Assembly (NCBI GenBank): GCA_965116925.1
Contig: OZ220744.1
Span: 6,048,001-6,112,000, forward strand
Length of the DNA: 64,000 nt
Source of the DNA: Candidatus Poribacteria bacterium
Lineage (GTDB): Bacteria > Poribacteria > WGA-4E > PCPOR2b
Direction of reading: 5' to 3'
Under the pieces are notes generated by a model. It was not told where the DNA came from. It ran no database searches and was given only the letters and a program-made list of their open reading frames with translations. Position numbers and translations under genes: made by a program. This document shows, piece by piece, positions 17,589 through 27,003 of this stretch; positions within the stretch are counted from its first letter, which is position 1, and each line of letters starts with the position of its first letter.

Positions 17589-18800
17589 ATGTCCGAAGAT
17601 AAAGCGTATAAAGTTCGTGCGATTCACTGTAATCACAAAGCCTCCCCGGAGGAGATCTACGAAAGGCTCAAGACGATTACTGCCCCCCTGACACGTTCAT
17701 GGGAGAAGATCGAAAAAGCCCGCAAAATCGGTATCAAGGTGAACATGCAGATGCCTCCGGATAATATCCGTCGCATTGGAGGACGACGGCAGGAGTTGGT
17801 TGATGACGATGTGCTCCGTGCCTCGCTCCGTCTGTTGCGAGAGCGCAGCGACGCACATATCTTCGTGCTTGATACCAGCATGGCACCGGTGGGACAGCGC
17901 CCGGGCGATGATTTTAATACGCGCTCAATCTTCGAGGAATTCGATATCCCTTATATTGAAGCCGGTGACCCGCCCTTTACACAATACAAGGTGCCCGGTG
18001 GTGGTATAATGTTCTCCGAATATCAGCTTTCTGCCTCTATTGGCGAAGCGGATGCCTTTGTGTCCATCGCTAAGATGAAGAACCACGCCTTTATGGGTAT
18101 CACACTGTGTCTCAAAAATCTTTTCGGTTTGCCGCCGATACAGCCCCACGGGCGGGTGAGAACCTACTTTCATCATGTCATCCGGCTTTCATACGTCCTG
18201 CCTGATCTCGGTCTGATTACCCAACCTTGTCTCAATATCATCGACGGTTTGACGGGACAAGCGAGACGGGAGTGGGGCGGGGACGGGCGTATCTGCGATG
18301 CGCTGATTGCCGGGGACCATGTGATTGCCACGGACGCCTGCGGCAGTTACCTGATGGGCACCGCCCCTCGCCTCGATTGGCCCAATCCGCCTTTCCGCCG
18401 CGATCGAAGTCCGGTCGCAGTGGCTGCAGAGCACGGGTTTGGGACCGTGAATCTGGAGGAGATTGACTTTGACATGGGAGAGCTACAACCGCCCCTCGCC
18501 GAGTTTGACTCAGAGAAGATGGACCCCAGTGAAAAAATCGCTAGCCTGCGTCAAACCGCGTGCCATCAGGCGTTGTTTTATCGAGATAACCAAGAACGCT
18601 TAGTAGACCGTCACGCTGGTTCATTTATCTATCTGCAAGATGGGGAAGTCATCTGGAGTGGTCCGCGCCCGGATCAGGCGGGTGCTGTCCATCAACTCAG
18701 CGGTGAGCGTCCGGATCAGGCGGTGTGGCTCAAACTGGTCGATCCGGAGGAAACAGAGGGTGAACGGATGCGCGTATATGAGCGGATTTTGGCAGCGTAG
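17589..18800 (+). CDS. DUF362 domain protein with C-terminal extension
   Basis: IGIKVN, SIAKMKNH, ITLCLKNLFG, IIDGL, IATD motifs. Confidence 0.85.
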   Translation: MSEDKAYKVRAIHCNHKASPEEIYERLKTITAPLTRSWEKIEKARKIGIKVNMQMPPDNIRRIGGRRQELVDDDVLRASLRLLRERSDAHIFVLDTSMAPVGQRPGDDFNTRSIFEEFDIPYIEAGDPPFTQYKVPGGGIMFSEYQLSASIGEADAFVSIAKMKNHAFMGITLCLKNLFGLPPIQPHGRVRTYFHHVIRLSYVLPDLGLITQPCLNIIDGLTGQARREWGGDGRICDALIAGDHVIATDACGSYLMGTAPRLDWPNPPFRRDRSPVAVAAEHGFGTVNLEEIDFDMGELQPPLAEFDSEKMDPSEKIASLRQTACHQALFYRDNQERLVDRHAGSFIYLQDGEVIWSGPRPDQAGAVHQLSGERPDQAVWLKLVDPEETEGERMRVYERILAA

Positions 18801-18831
18801 GCACTCTTGGTATGTGTGTAGCTCAGCGTGA

Positions 18832-18932
18832 GTTGGGTTGAACGGTTAAAAGCGAATCTTTATCAAGGACAATAGAACTTTCGCTTTTTAACAGAACCGT
18901 CTTATAGATGAATACAGTGAAACCCAACCTAC
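18832..18932 (+). repeat. Family C ~100-bp element (gttgggttgaac...gtgaaacccaac)
   Basis: Similar along its length to the reverse complement of 57335-57435; followed by hairpin 18947-18972 and a family D end at 18996-19009. Confidence 0.75.
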
Positions 18933-19022
18933 GGGTTGGGGTAATAGTGGGTACAGGTTGCCTAACCTGTACGGGGAGCGATTTTTGCCAACAAAGTGCG
19001 TAACTCCTAATTAAGGAACAAT

Positions 19023-20444
19023 ATGTCCCAACAAAAACCCCATGTCCTGCTGCTGATCAACGACGAACATCGTCCTGACGTTTTGCCCGTCGAAGGTGAC
19101 CGGCAGATCCGTACGCCCACGTTGGATCGGTTTATCAATGAAGGGACCTACTTTCGTAATGCGTACACGCCTTCGCCCATCTGTGTACCGGCACGGCAAA
19201 GTTTTATCTCTGGACTCTATCCCCGCAACTGTGGAAGTCTCAACTTCGGCGATCCAATGCCGACCGAGGTCCGAACCATTCCGGGACACCTAGGCAACTA
19301 CGGCTACTACTCTTGTGCAGCGGGAAAGATGCACTTCGTTGGCAAGGATGTGATGCACGGTTGGCGGGAGCGGGTCGGTCGGGACATTGTGGGTGATAAC
19401 GGCTACCCGCATCCAACTGTTGATGATGAACATACTGCCCAATTTGAGCGAGAACCGGGCACCGGTTCAAAACAGAACAAGGTTATCCAAGAGATTCGCG
19501 ACGCCCAGCCCGGAATGGGATATTGGATGCTCCAAGACCAGTACGCGGTAGATGGTGCGTTGCTGTTTCTTGAGGAGTATTTCGTGGATGCCTCCTATGA
19601 CCGATACACCCCGAATCCACTGTGCATGGCGGTGAGTCTGTGGTGTCCGCACTACCCGTATCAGTGTCCGATCGACCTGTTTACCTATTACATGCAGCGT
19701 GTCGAGCCGATTATTGAGGAGCCGAACGATAAATTTGAGTGCAACGACTTCTTCAAGGTTCGATTTGGTGAGGATGTGACGCACCGTCAGGCGCACCGCG
19801 CCACCGCCGCTTACTACGGCATGATTGATTGGATGGATCAGCAATTTGGTCGCGTGGTTGAGAAACTTGAACACCTCAACGTTCTCGACGACTTCATCAT
19901 CGTTTTCCTGTCGGATCACGGTGAGATGCTTGGCACGAAAGGGTTGTGGGAAAAACAGAGCTTCTTTGATGCGTCGGCGCGTGTGCCGTTTTCCATCTGG
20001 TATCCAAAACGATTTGGGCGTGAACCGCAGATTATTGAACAAAATGTGTCCCTAGTAGACCTGTTTCCAACGTTATGTGACTTGGTTGACATCCCTGCTC
20101 CTGACGAACTCGATGGACGTTCACTAGCCCCACTCATTGAAGGACTTGCTGATGACTGGCACAACACGGTCTACAGTGAGCTCTGGCGCGTCCACAATGG
20201 TCCGTCCGTGATGGTCAAACAGGATAACCTGAAGTATTTCCGCTTTGATAACGGTGCCGGTTGGCCCGAGCAGTTGTTCGATTTGTCGAGCGATCCCGAT
20301 GAATGCAACAATCTGATTGATAACCCCGCCTATGCCGAAGCACTTGCGGGATTGCGTGGTAAAGTGGATGATCTACCTCCGCCACGACGCAAGGATGCGG
20401 ACAATCGCTTTATTGACCTGTATCGTCCGATGGATGGGGATTGA
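19023..20444 (+). CDS. Sulfatase (choline-sulfatase-like, Cys-type)
   Basis: DEHR, SPICVPAR (CxPxR), GKMH, SDHGEMLG, WEK. Confidence 0.93.
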   Translation: MSQQKPHVLLLINDEHRPDVLPVEGDRQIRTPTLDRFINEGTYFRNAYTPSPICVPARQSFISGLYPRNCGSLNFGDPMPTEVRTIPGHLGNYGYYSCAAGKMHFVGKDVMHGWRERVGRDIVGDNGYPHPTVDDEHTAQFEREPGTGSKQNKVIQEIRDAQPGMGYWMLQDQYAVDGALLFLEEYFVDASYDRYTPNPLCMAVSLWCPHYPYQCPIDLFTYYMQRVEPIIEEPNDKFECNDFFKVRFGEDVTHRQAHRATAAYYGMIDWMDQQFGRVVEKLEHLNVLDDFIIVFLSDHGEMLGTKGLWEKQSFFDASARVPFSIWYPKRFGREPQIIEQNVSLVDLFPTLCDLVDIPAPDELDGRSLAPLIEGLADDWHNTVYSELWRVHNGPSVMVKQDNLKYFRFDNGAGWPEQLFDLSSDPDECNNLIDNPAYAEALAGLRGKVDDLPPPRRKDADNRFIDLYRPMDGD

Positions 20445-20483
20445 TTTTTTTACATTCTTTTTACATTCATCGGATATTGAATT

Positions 20484-20703
20484 TATAGTGAATTCAAAAA
20501 ATAAAGAAACACTTGCGCCCCCCGGTAGGTACGGTTTGATGGAGTTTAAGTATTTAAATCGGTAATCCCTATTTTCCTCGAAACATACGGTAGGCGCGGT
20601 TTTCAACCGCGCCGGCGTCGCTAGCAAATTACCGAACTGTTTTTTTAATTTTCATGTAACCGCACCGGTTTGGCGTGTCTCGTTAATTCTAAAATCTACT
20701 ATA
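20484..20703 (+). mobile_element. Shell family B element containing a nested second element (20539-20655)
   Basis: B ends tatagtgaattc...tactata; its hairpin gtaggtacggtttg|taaccgcacc is split by a ~117-bp insert with imperfect 28-bp terminal inverted repeats and its own GTAG hairpin (20590-20613). Confidence 0.8.
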
Positions 20704-20726
20704 ATCGGAGGCGAGAAGGATAACAC

Positions 20727-21152
20727 ATGAAGAAACGAAGTTCCACCCTACAGATGGTTGGCTTCACTGTTGTGCTACTTTTCGCTGTAGGATTACTGTT
20801 GACGGGGCTCGGTGTGTTCGGTGTTCCTGACGCAAACGACTTTCGGGATTGGGATAGCTACTATGAAAAACGCTATGCACTTGACGCGGAATGGGATAAA
20901 TTGTTACGGGAATCCAATAAACTGCATCAGGAGATTGAGCCGTTTATATGCCGTAATTTTGATGATCCTAACAGTTTTATTGAAACACCAGAGGAAAAAG
21001 CGGCTAAGAAGGTGCTAGTAGACAAACTGAAGGTACAACTCGCCAAATTCAAGGCTTTGCAGAGAAAAGCCGATAAATTGGATCGACAATACCCGCCTGA
21101 ACTCGTTTTCAAATACGCAGGCTACCCTAGTACACTGTCAGGCAAATTATGA
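20727..21152 (+). CDS. Hypothetical protein, N-terminal membrane anchor plus helical domain
   Basis: MKKR followed by a hydrophobic helix; RBS aagga; charged helical C-terminal part. Confidence 0.65.
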   Translation: MKKRSSTLQMVGFTVVLLFAVGLLLTGLGVFGVPDANDFRDWDSYYEKRYALDAEWDKLLRESNKLHQEIEPFICRNFDDPNSFIETPEEKAAKKVLVDKLKVQLAKFKALQRKADKLDRQYPPELVFKYAGYPSTLSGKL

Positions 21153-21184
21153 TTGTCTATATGGATTGAGACTCATAATACTTC

Positions 21185-21208
21185 GTAGGGGTCGGGTCAC
21201 CCGACCCC
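21185..21208 (+). repeat. GTAG-REP-like hairpin
   Basis: gtaggggtcgggtcacccgacccc. Confidence 0.7.
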
Positions 21209-21381
21209 CTTGTTGATATGCAAAACTTATATGACTGAGTACTAGATATAATCGTTGATGACTGTTAGATATAGCCGCACAATGAGGGGTTTCGCTTGGT
21301 AAGTCTCCGATTTACATCTGCTCACTCCGAATTGTGCTATTACTTGCATATATTTAGCACTAACATATTGAGGTGTAACTT

Positions 21382-22401
21382 ATGTCAAATTATTCAAAAA
21401 CTTATCGTGTGGGACTCGTTGGGAGCGGTGGCATTGCACGGGCGCACGGCACCGCCTGCCAAGCACTCGATGGTGCCGACCTTACCGCTATCTGCGATGT
21501 TTCACAGGACGCGTTAGATCGCTATGGCGAACAGTTTGGTGTCGCCAACCGATACCTCGACTTGGACGATATGCTTGAAGATGCAAACTTGGATATCGCC
21601 ATTCTCTGTAACTGGGGCGCGGTCCACGCTGAGACGGGGATTCAGATTGCGAAGTCGCGGAAGGTGCGAGCCATCCTGTGCGAAAAGCCGTTCACCAATA
21701 ATGCGGCTGAAGCGAGGCAGATGGTCGCTGCGGCGCAAGAGAACGGCATCCTTCTCGCTGAAGCTTTCAAGTTCCGCCATCACCCGATGCACCTCAAAGC
21801 GAAGGAATTGGCAGATGCGGGTGCGATTGGCGATGTGCTGACGATTCGCAGTACGTTCTGTTCGGGTGGCAGCGGTGCCGGTCCTGAAACACGAAAGCCG
21901 GAGAACAACTGGCGTTTCAACAAGGCAAAGGGCGGCGGCAGCGTCTATGACCTCGCCTGTTACTGCATCCATCATGCGCGTTTTATGTTTGGCGCGGATC
22001 CTGTTCGGGTTTTTGCTTCCTCACAGCCGGGTTTAGAGGTTGATGACGCTATGTATATACTGCTTGTCTTTCCGGATGACCGTACAGCGCAGATTTCTGT
22101 TGGGTTCAATTCAGCGACTGCACAGTACGTTGAGGTCTGTGGGAGCGGGGGAATGCTCCGAATCGAAATTGCTTGGAATAACGAGAATCGGTCTGTGGAT
22201 CTGGAACACCGTACCCCTGATGGAACAGAGTTCATCAACTTTGAACCGATCCATCAATTCACGAATCAGCTTGCCCACCTATGCGACTGCCTTGAAACGG
22301 GCCAACCGCATCGAATACCGCCGGAGAACAGCATCAACCAGATGCGGACGATTGATGCCATATTTGAATCGGCGGCGACGGGCAAAGCTGTGGAGATGTA
22401 A
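21382..22401 (+). CDS. Gfo/Idh/MocA family oxidoreductase
   Basis: GLVGSGGIA, CEKP, GGGSVYDLACY. Confidence 0.93.
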   Translation: MSNYSKTYRVGLVGSGGIARAHGTACQALDGADLTAICDVSQDALDRYGEQFGVANRYLDLDDMLEDANLDIAILCNWGAVHAETGIQIAKSRKVRAILCEKPFTNNAAEARQMVAAAQENGILLAEAFKFRHHPMHLKAKELADAGAIGDVLTIRSTFCSGGSGAGPETRKPENNWRFNKAKGGGSVYDLACYCIHHARFMFGADPVRVFASSQPGLEVDDAMYILLVFPDDRTAQISVGFNSATAQYVEVCGSGGMLRIEIAWNNENRSVDLEHRTPDGTEFINFEPIHQFTNQLAHLCDCLETGQPHRIPPENSINQMRTIDAIFESAATGKAVEM

Positions 22402-22414
22402 GGAGTGTGTAAAG

Positions 22415-23512
22415 ATGGAAGAGACAAAAACGTTTAAGCCGGATAAGAAAAAACAAACACGGCGGGGATTTTCGGTTATCGATTGTGACATACATAACAC
22501 CCTATCTTCAGAGATGGTGTTGTATCCGTATCTCTCTGAGCGTTGGCGGCGGCATCACCAGATGTTGGGCGCACCTGACCGCGTCGGGGGGTATGTTCCG
22601 CGTGGTATGCCCTACGGTGCGCGTTACGACGCTTGGACCCCCTCCGGTCACCGTCCAGGCTCAGATCTAAATTTTCTACGGGAGCAGCTGCTTGATTTGT
22701 GGGACATCGAATACGGCATCCTGAACTGCTTGACACCTGTCTGTGAGATGCCCAATCTGGAGTACGCTGCGGCATTCGCGCGGGCGGTCAACGATTGGCA
22801 GATCGATAATTGGCTGGATCCAGAACCCCGGCTCCGGGCATCAATGATAGTCGCCTGCGACGATGGGGTGTTAGCATCGGAGGAGATAGAGCGACTCGCT
22901 GGAGATTCGAGATTTGTCCAAATACTGCTCCTCGCCCGCACAATGGAACCGTTGGGCAGACGCAAGTACTGGGAGATGTACGAAACTGCCGTGAAGCACG
23001 ACTTACCTATTGGGATTCACTTCACCGGGGTTGGCGTGGGCCCCATTACCGCTGTCGGTAAACCTTCTCACTATATTGAAGATCACGCTGGTATGACGCA
23101 GGCGTTTCAGACGCAGGTGACCAGTCTGGTCTGCGAGGGTGTTTTTGAACATTTTCCGACACTGAAGGTAGCTTTAATTGAGGGCGGGTTTGCTTGGCTG
23201 CCGCCGCTGATGTGGCGGCTTGACCGGGCGTGGAAGAAACTGCGCGATGAGGTGCCTTACCTCAAACGGTTGCCTTCGGAGTACATCCGTGATCATTTCT
23301 GGATGACGACACAGCCGATCGAGGAACCGCCTAAACCGGAATACTTTCAACAGCTGCTTGAGCATATCAACGCGGATGAGAGGTTGATGTTTGCCACGGA
23401 CTATCCGCATTGGGACTTTGATTCTCCCGATCGGACCCTTCCGACAAACCTGTCTCCGGAGTTGAAGCGGAAGATCATGGCAGAAAACGCTCGTGGGTTC
23501 TATCAACTCTAG
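22415..23512 (+). CDS. Amidohydrolase family 2 protein
   Basis: IDCDIH, PIGIH, IEGGFAWLP, FATDYPHWD; start MEETKTF after aaggag. Confidence 0.92.
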   Translation: MEETKTFKPDKKKQTRRGFSVIDCDIHNTLSSEMVLYPYLSERWRRHHQMLGAPDRVGGYVPRGMPYGARYDAWTPSGHRPGSDLNFLREQLLDLWDIEYGILNCLTPVCEMPNLEYAAAFARAVNDWQIDNWLDPEPRLRASMIVACDDGVLASEEIERLAGDSRFVQILLLARTMEPLGRRKYWEMYETAVKHDLPIGIHFTGVGVGPITAVGKPSHYIEDHAGMTQAFQTQVTSLVCEGVFEHFPTLKVALIEGGFAWLPPLMWRLDRAWKKLRDEVPYLKRLPSEYIRDHFWMTTQPIEEPPKPEYFQQLLEHINADERLMFATDYPHWDFDSPDRTLPTNLSPELKRKIMAENARGFYQL

Positions 23513-23532
23513 AAGGGAAATAAAAAATCCTT

Positions 23533-24819
23533 TCATCTCTCATAGCCGGTCAGCTCAACATAACCTTGCCCATCCACTGTTGCATCCTCAATCTGTCCGC
23601 TCACCCGTACAGTCCCCTCCCAATACGTGAAACTCGCCCGAAACTCTTGGTTCGGGATGAGCGGTTCAACCTGAAGGACGATCTTTAACTCTGGAAAGGC
23701 TATTTGCCAGCCGGAGGGATAGGTGACACCGCTTTCCGGACTTGTCCACCGGCGGATAGGGGTTAGCGTAAAATCTTTCGTCCCGATGCGTAGCTGCCGA
23801 CCATCGGGATATGCCAAAGTACCCTCAAACGTCTGTGGGTCGCACGACTGATCTGACCTGCGCAGACAGTACAGCATCAGTGTCACCCCATTTTCCAACT
23901 GTAAGCTGAACCAATCCCACCCGACGAATCCCTCGCCGAGGAAACTGGTGCCGAACTCATGATCCATCCAGCTGACCCCGTTGACAGCTACTGTTTTGCC
24001 ATTGATTATGATCTCACCGCTGGTTTCCAACCCGACGAGACTATAGTAGTAGGACGCATTTCCCGGTTCGGGTCCCTTTTGGCTCAAGCCTCGATCTCCT
24101 TGCAGTATCGGTGGGCGCGTCTGGCGCAAGTTGAGTGATAACCCGATCTGCGGTTCCGTTTCGATAGAATCAGAGGTTGAAGCGACAGACAAGTGCATCA
24201 CACCCTGCTCTGTTTCTGTAGCCGACCAATCCTCCAACCAGACTTTGTAGGTTGGATCTCCCGTTGCTCCCGCCAATCCACCTGCGCCCCGGCTCCTCCG
24301 CTCAAAGCAGAAATATTCATTGTTCGCTGCATCTGTAACGGCAAAATGCGCCATGTAAACTTGGGTCGTGGCGAAATGTGAAGTCCGCTCTGGCATTTGG
24401 GGTGTCAGCGCAAAGCGGAAAAAGGTCAACTGATAACCGAAAGCGTTCCCATTGTCGGTGCGTAGGTTACCGGTATAATACCACCACTCGATTTGATACT
24501 CCGGATGTGCCCCGTGATCGCGTGGAAACTGGAACGTCATCGGCTCCAGCGCACGGGCGAATCGCTCATCGGCTTTGCTGCTCAATGTATCACTGACACT
24601 GGTGGAATTTCGCTGTGCCTCCGCGAAATTGATGCTTACAACTAGCACCATAATTATAACCCACAAATGGAAAATGGAGCGTGGTATGACGGATTTTAAT
24701 TGAATTGATTGCGTCGTCAATTTTGATAAACTCTCAAGGATTTTTGTGTTTACAAAACTAATGAACGGATGTAATATACGCATGTTAGAGATATTTCGAT
24801 CTTCTACAGATTCCTTCAT
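23533..24819 (-). CDS. Lipocalin-like / carotenoid 1,2-hydratase (AttH/CrtC-like) protein; start uncertain (possibly 24720 or 24651)
   Basis: FPRDHGAHP, EWWYYTGNL, SYYYS, WMDHEF, GWDWFSLQL, YWEG, GYVELTGY. Confidence 0.88.
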   Translation of the reverse strand: MKESVEDRNISNMRILHPFISFVNTKILESLSKLTTQSIQLKSVIPRSIFHLWVIIMVLVVSINFAEAQRNSTSVSDTLSSKADERFARALEPMTFQFPRDHGAHPEYQIEWWYYTGNLRTDNGNAFGYQLTFFRFALTPQMPERTSHFATTQVYMAHFAVTDAANNEYFCFERRSRGAGGLAGATGDPTYKVWLEDWSATETEQGVMHLSVASTSDSIETEPQIGLSLNLRQTRPPILQGDRGLSQKGPEPGNASYYYSLVGLETSGEIIINGKTVAVNGVSWMDHEFGTSFLGEGFVGWDWFSLQLENGVTLMLYCLRRSDQSCDPQTFEGTLAYPDGRQLRIGTKDFTLTPIRRWTSPESGVTYPSGWQIAFPELKIVLQVEPLIPNQEFRASFTYWEGTVRVSGQIEDATVDGQGYVELTGYER

Positions 24820-24854
24820 TCACAAACACAATTTGACTGACGAGGAGTAAAAAA

Positions 24855-25475
24855 ATGATCTATGAAATCCGAACCTACAACCTGAAAGTGGGGCAACTTC
24901 AAGAATATTGGGAACGTTTCGGCGAAAAACTACCGGCGCGTCAAGAATTATCAAAACTCGGCGGGCATTGGTACACGGAAGCGGGACCGCTGAATCAGAT
25001 GGTCGCTATTTGGCCCTACGAGAGCCTCGAACAACGAGCTGAAATCCGACGCGCTGCGGAGGCGGGACCGAATCCGATATGGCCCCCCGATACAAGCGAT
25101 TTCATTGTGTCAATGGTATCTGAGATTTTTCTGCCAGCTCCATTTATGACACCTTTGGGCGAAAGAGACATCGGACCTATATATGAGATGCGGATATACA
25201 CCTATCCCGCTGAAGGGATGCCGCAGGTGTTAGACGCGTGGGGCGCGGCCGTTACCGAGCGCGAGAAATTCTCACCGTTGGCGGGCTGTTGGTACTCAGA
25301 ATACGGTGGGCTCAACAACTTTATCCATGTATGGGCGTATAGGAGTTTTGAGGAGCGGCTTCGGATCCGGGCGGAGACACGAGAGCAGGGAGTCTGGCCC
25401 CCCAAAGGCTCTGTGAGACCGATCACACAGGAGAGCAAGATTCTGCTTCCCGCACCTTTTTCGCCGATGCAGTAG
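24855..25475 (+). CDS. NIPSNAP family protein (two domains)
   Basis: IYEIRTY and IYEMRIY repeats, WPYESLEQR/WAYRSFEER, PAPFSP. Confidence 0.93.
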   Translation: MIYEIRTYNLKVGQLQEYWERFGEKLPARQELSKLGGHWYTEAGPLNQMVAIWPYESLEQRAEIRRAAEAGPNPIWPPDTSDFIVSMVSEIFLPAPFMTPLGERDIGPIYEMRIYTYPAEGMPQVLDAWGAAVTEREKFSPLAGCWYSEYGGLNNFIHVWAYRSFEERLRIRAETREQGVWPPKGSVRPITQESKILLPAPFSPMQ

Positions 25476-25803
25476 GGGCACCATCAAGGATCCCGACCAT
25501 AAAATGTAATTGTTTGTAACTGTTTGTAATACGATTGGCGAGCATGACGAAACGTTTCATGCTGAAATAGGGACAATTTTCCCATTTGCGCGGGAAAAAT
25601 GGGAAAATTTGATTTTCGCACGGAAAACGTAACCTTTTTAATCTCGCTCATGCGACCTTCATCTGCGAGATCTGCGTCCGCCTCTACTCTTAAAACTGAA
25701 GTGCGTAAGTCCTATACACAATTAACTTGAACTGATGTTTTACGCTTGGGTCAATTCAAATTGTCAAAATCTAACAAAATCTAACACTTTTTACAAAAAT
25801 TCT

Positions 25804-26005
25804 TAGGACTTACGCAGTTGAACGCTCAAAGCCTTGTAGTTCAGCGATTTATCGCTGTTGGACACCGTTCTCAACCTTGGTCTTAGAACGGACCCCCGAT
25901 GAATCAGGCAACTACAGTAAGGTTTTAGGTTTGTAGTAGGGCGATTTATCGTCCGTCCGGACGCGCAATGAACGCGCTACTACAAACTCAAGTGCGTAAC
26001 TCCTA
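25804..26005 (+). mobile_element. Shell family D element (taggacttacgca...tgcgtaactccta) carrying two GTAG-REP doublets
   Basis: Terminal inverted repeats; internal gtagttcagcgatttatcgctg...caactac and gtagtagggcgatttatcg...cgctactac; the tail recurs near 35490-35562. Confidence 0.75.
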
Positions 26006-26045
26006 GGTTTATTGATGTAGTTAGGCTAGGGAACCTTATTTACGA

Positions 26046-26134
26046 GGCTCAAAAAAGACGATGCAAAACGCGAATAGAAACCGAGTTTTCAAGAAAAAAC
26101 TCGGTTTCTGTTACACGATTTCTTAACATGAGTG
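26046..26134 (+). mobile_element. Shell family A element with agaaaccgag hairpin (loop inverted)
   Basis: ggctc...agaaaccgagttttcaagaaaaaactcggtttct...ttcttaacatgag. Confidence 0.8.
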
Positions 26135-26209
26135 AAAAACTTTTGCTGCGATTTACTAGTGCGAATTCATTCCTGCGGCCTTACAGACCGAATACGGTTG
26201 ACCGCACAG

Positions 26210-26824
26210 TCAGTCGTAGCAGAGTTGATTCTCTAGGTCCTTGGCAAAAAAGAAATCGAGTCCGTGACCGCAATAGCCCAATTCTGTGTCTGCTCCGGGC
26301 AGCGGAGCGTACAGGTAAAAAGCAGGTTTCAGTTTGGCAAGAATATCGCTGCCAGAAGGCTCTTTTGGAACCTCCACAACCTGTGTTCCGTTTTTCAGGG
26401 ATGATGTCTTTTCTGCGGTAAACCCGATGATTTCGTAGCTGCCAAAGTTCCCACCTTTGAACTTATCGGGAACCTTGATTCGGAATGTTCCCTTCTTTTT
26501 ACCGCTAGTATCCACTTTTAGCCAACCAATGGGACCCAGATATTCAGTTTTCTGATTGACTGTATCGTGCAGCCACGCGAAAATTGCACGGCGCCCCCTA
26601 GGCATCTTTAACCCTTTATAGGTTCCCCGAAATTCGTTTGCTGCTTCATCGTATACGATAGTCCCTTTGGGGCTATTATCGTTCTTAAAATCGTAACCGT
26701 CTATAAGGAATCCACCGTACATCGGTTGAACTTGCTGATCTTTGCTTTCTTGGCTCTGAACTGCCCATGCTATGCAGCAAATCACGGCAGCGAGTACCAG
26801 TAGGAACAACACCTTCAGTTTCAT
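26210..26824 (-). CDS. Hypothetical exported protein
   Basis: Signal peptide MKLKVLFLLVLAAVICCIAWA; RBS aaggag. Confidence 0.75.
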   Translation of the reverse strand: MKLKVLFLLVLAAVICCIAWAVQSQESKDQQVQPMYGGFLIDGYDFKNDNSPKGTIVYDEAANEFRGTYKGLKMPRGRRAIFAWLHDTVNQKTEYLGPIGWLKVDTSGKKKGTFRIKVPDKFKGGNFGSYEIIGFTAEKTSSLKNGTQVVEVPKEPSGSDILAKLKPAFYLYAPLPGADTELGYCGHGLDFFFAKDLENQLCYD

Positions 26825-27003
26825 TTTATTCTCCTTTGGATTTGAGCAGGCGGACCTTTTCTATGCAGTTTCCGACTGCCTCATTGTTTATGGTGATCAG
26901 TATATTTGATATGAAAAGAAAAATCAAGCCATTTTTGAACGCAAACTGTACTTGTTCCGTCGAATGAATTCTGCTGTTCTCTTTTTGAGAGGAGGCGATA
27001 CCT

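Noticed and set aside
22040..22414. Long N-terminal extension of the amidohydrolase in the ORF track
   Set aside because: It overlaps the upstream oxidoreductase in another frame; a good RBS and start exist at 22415.
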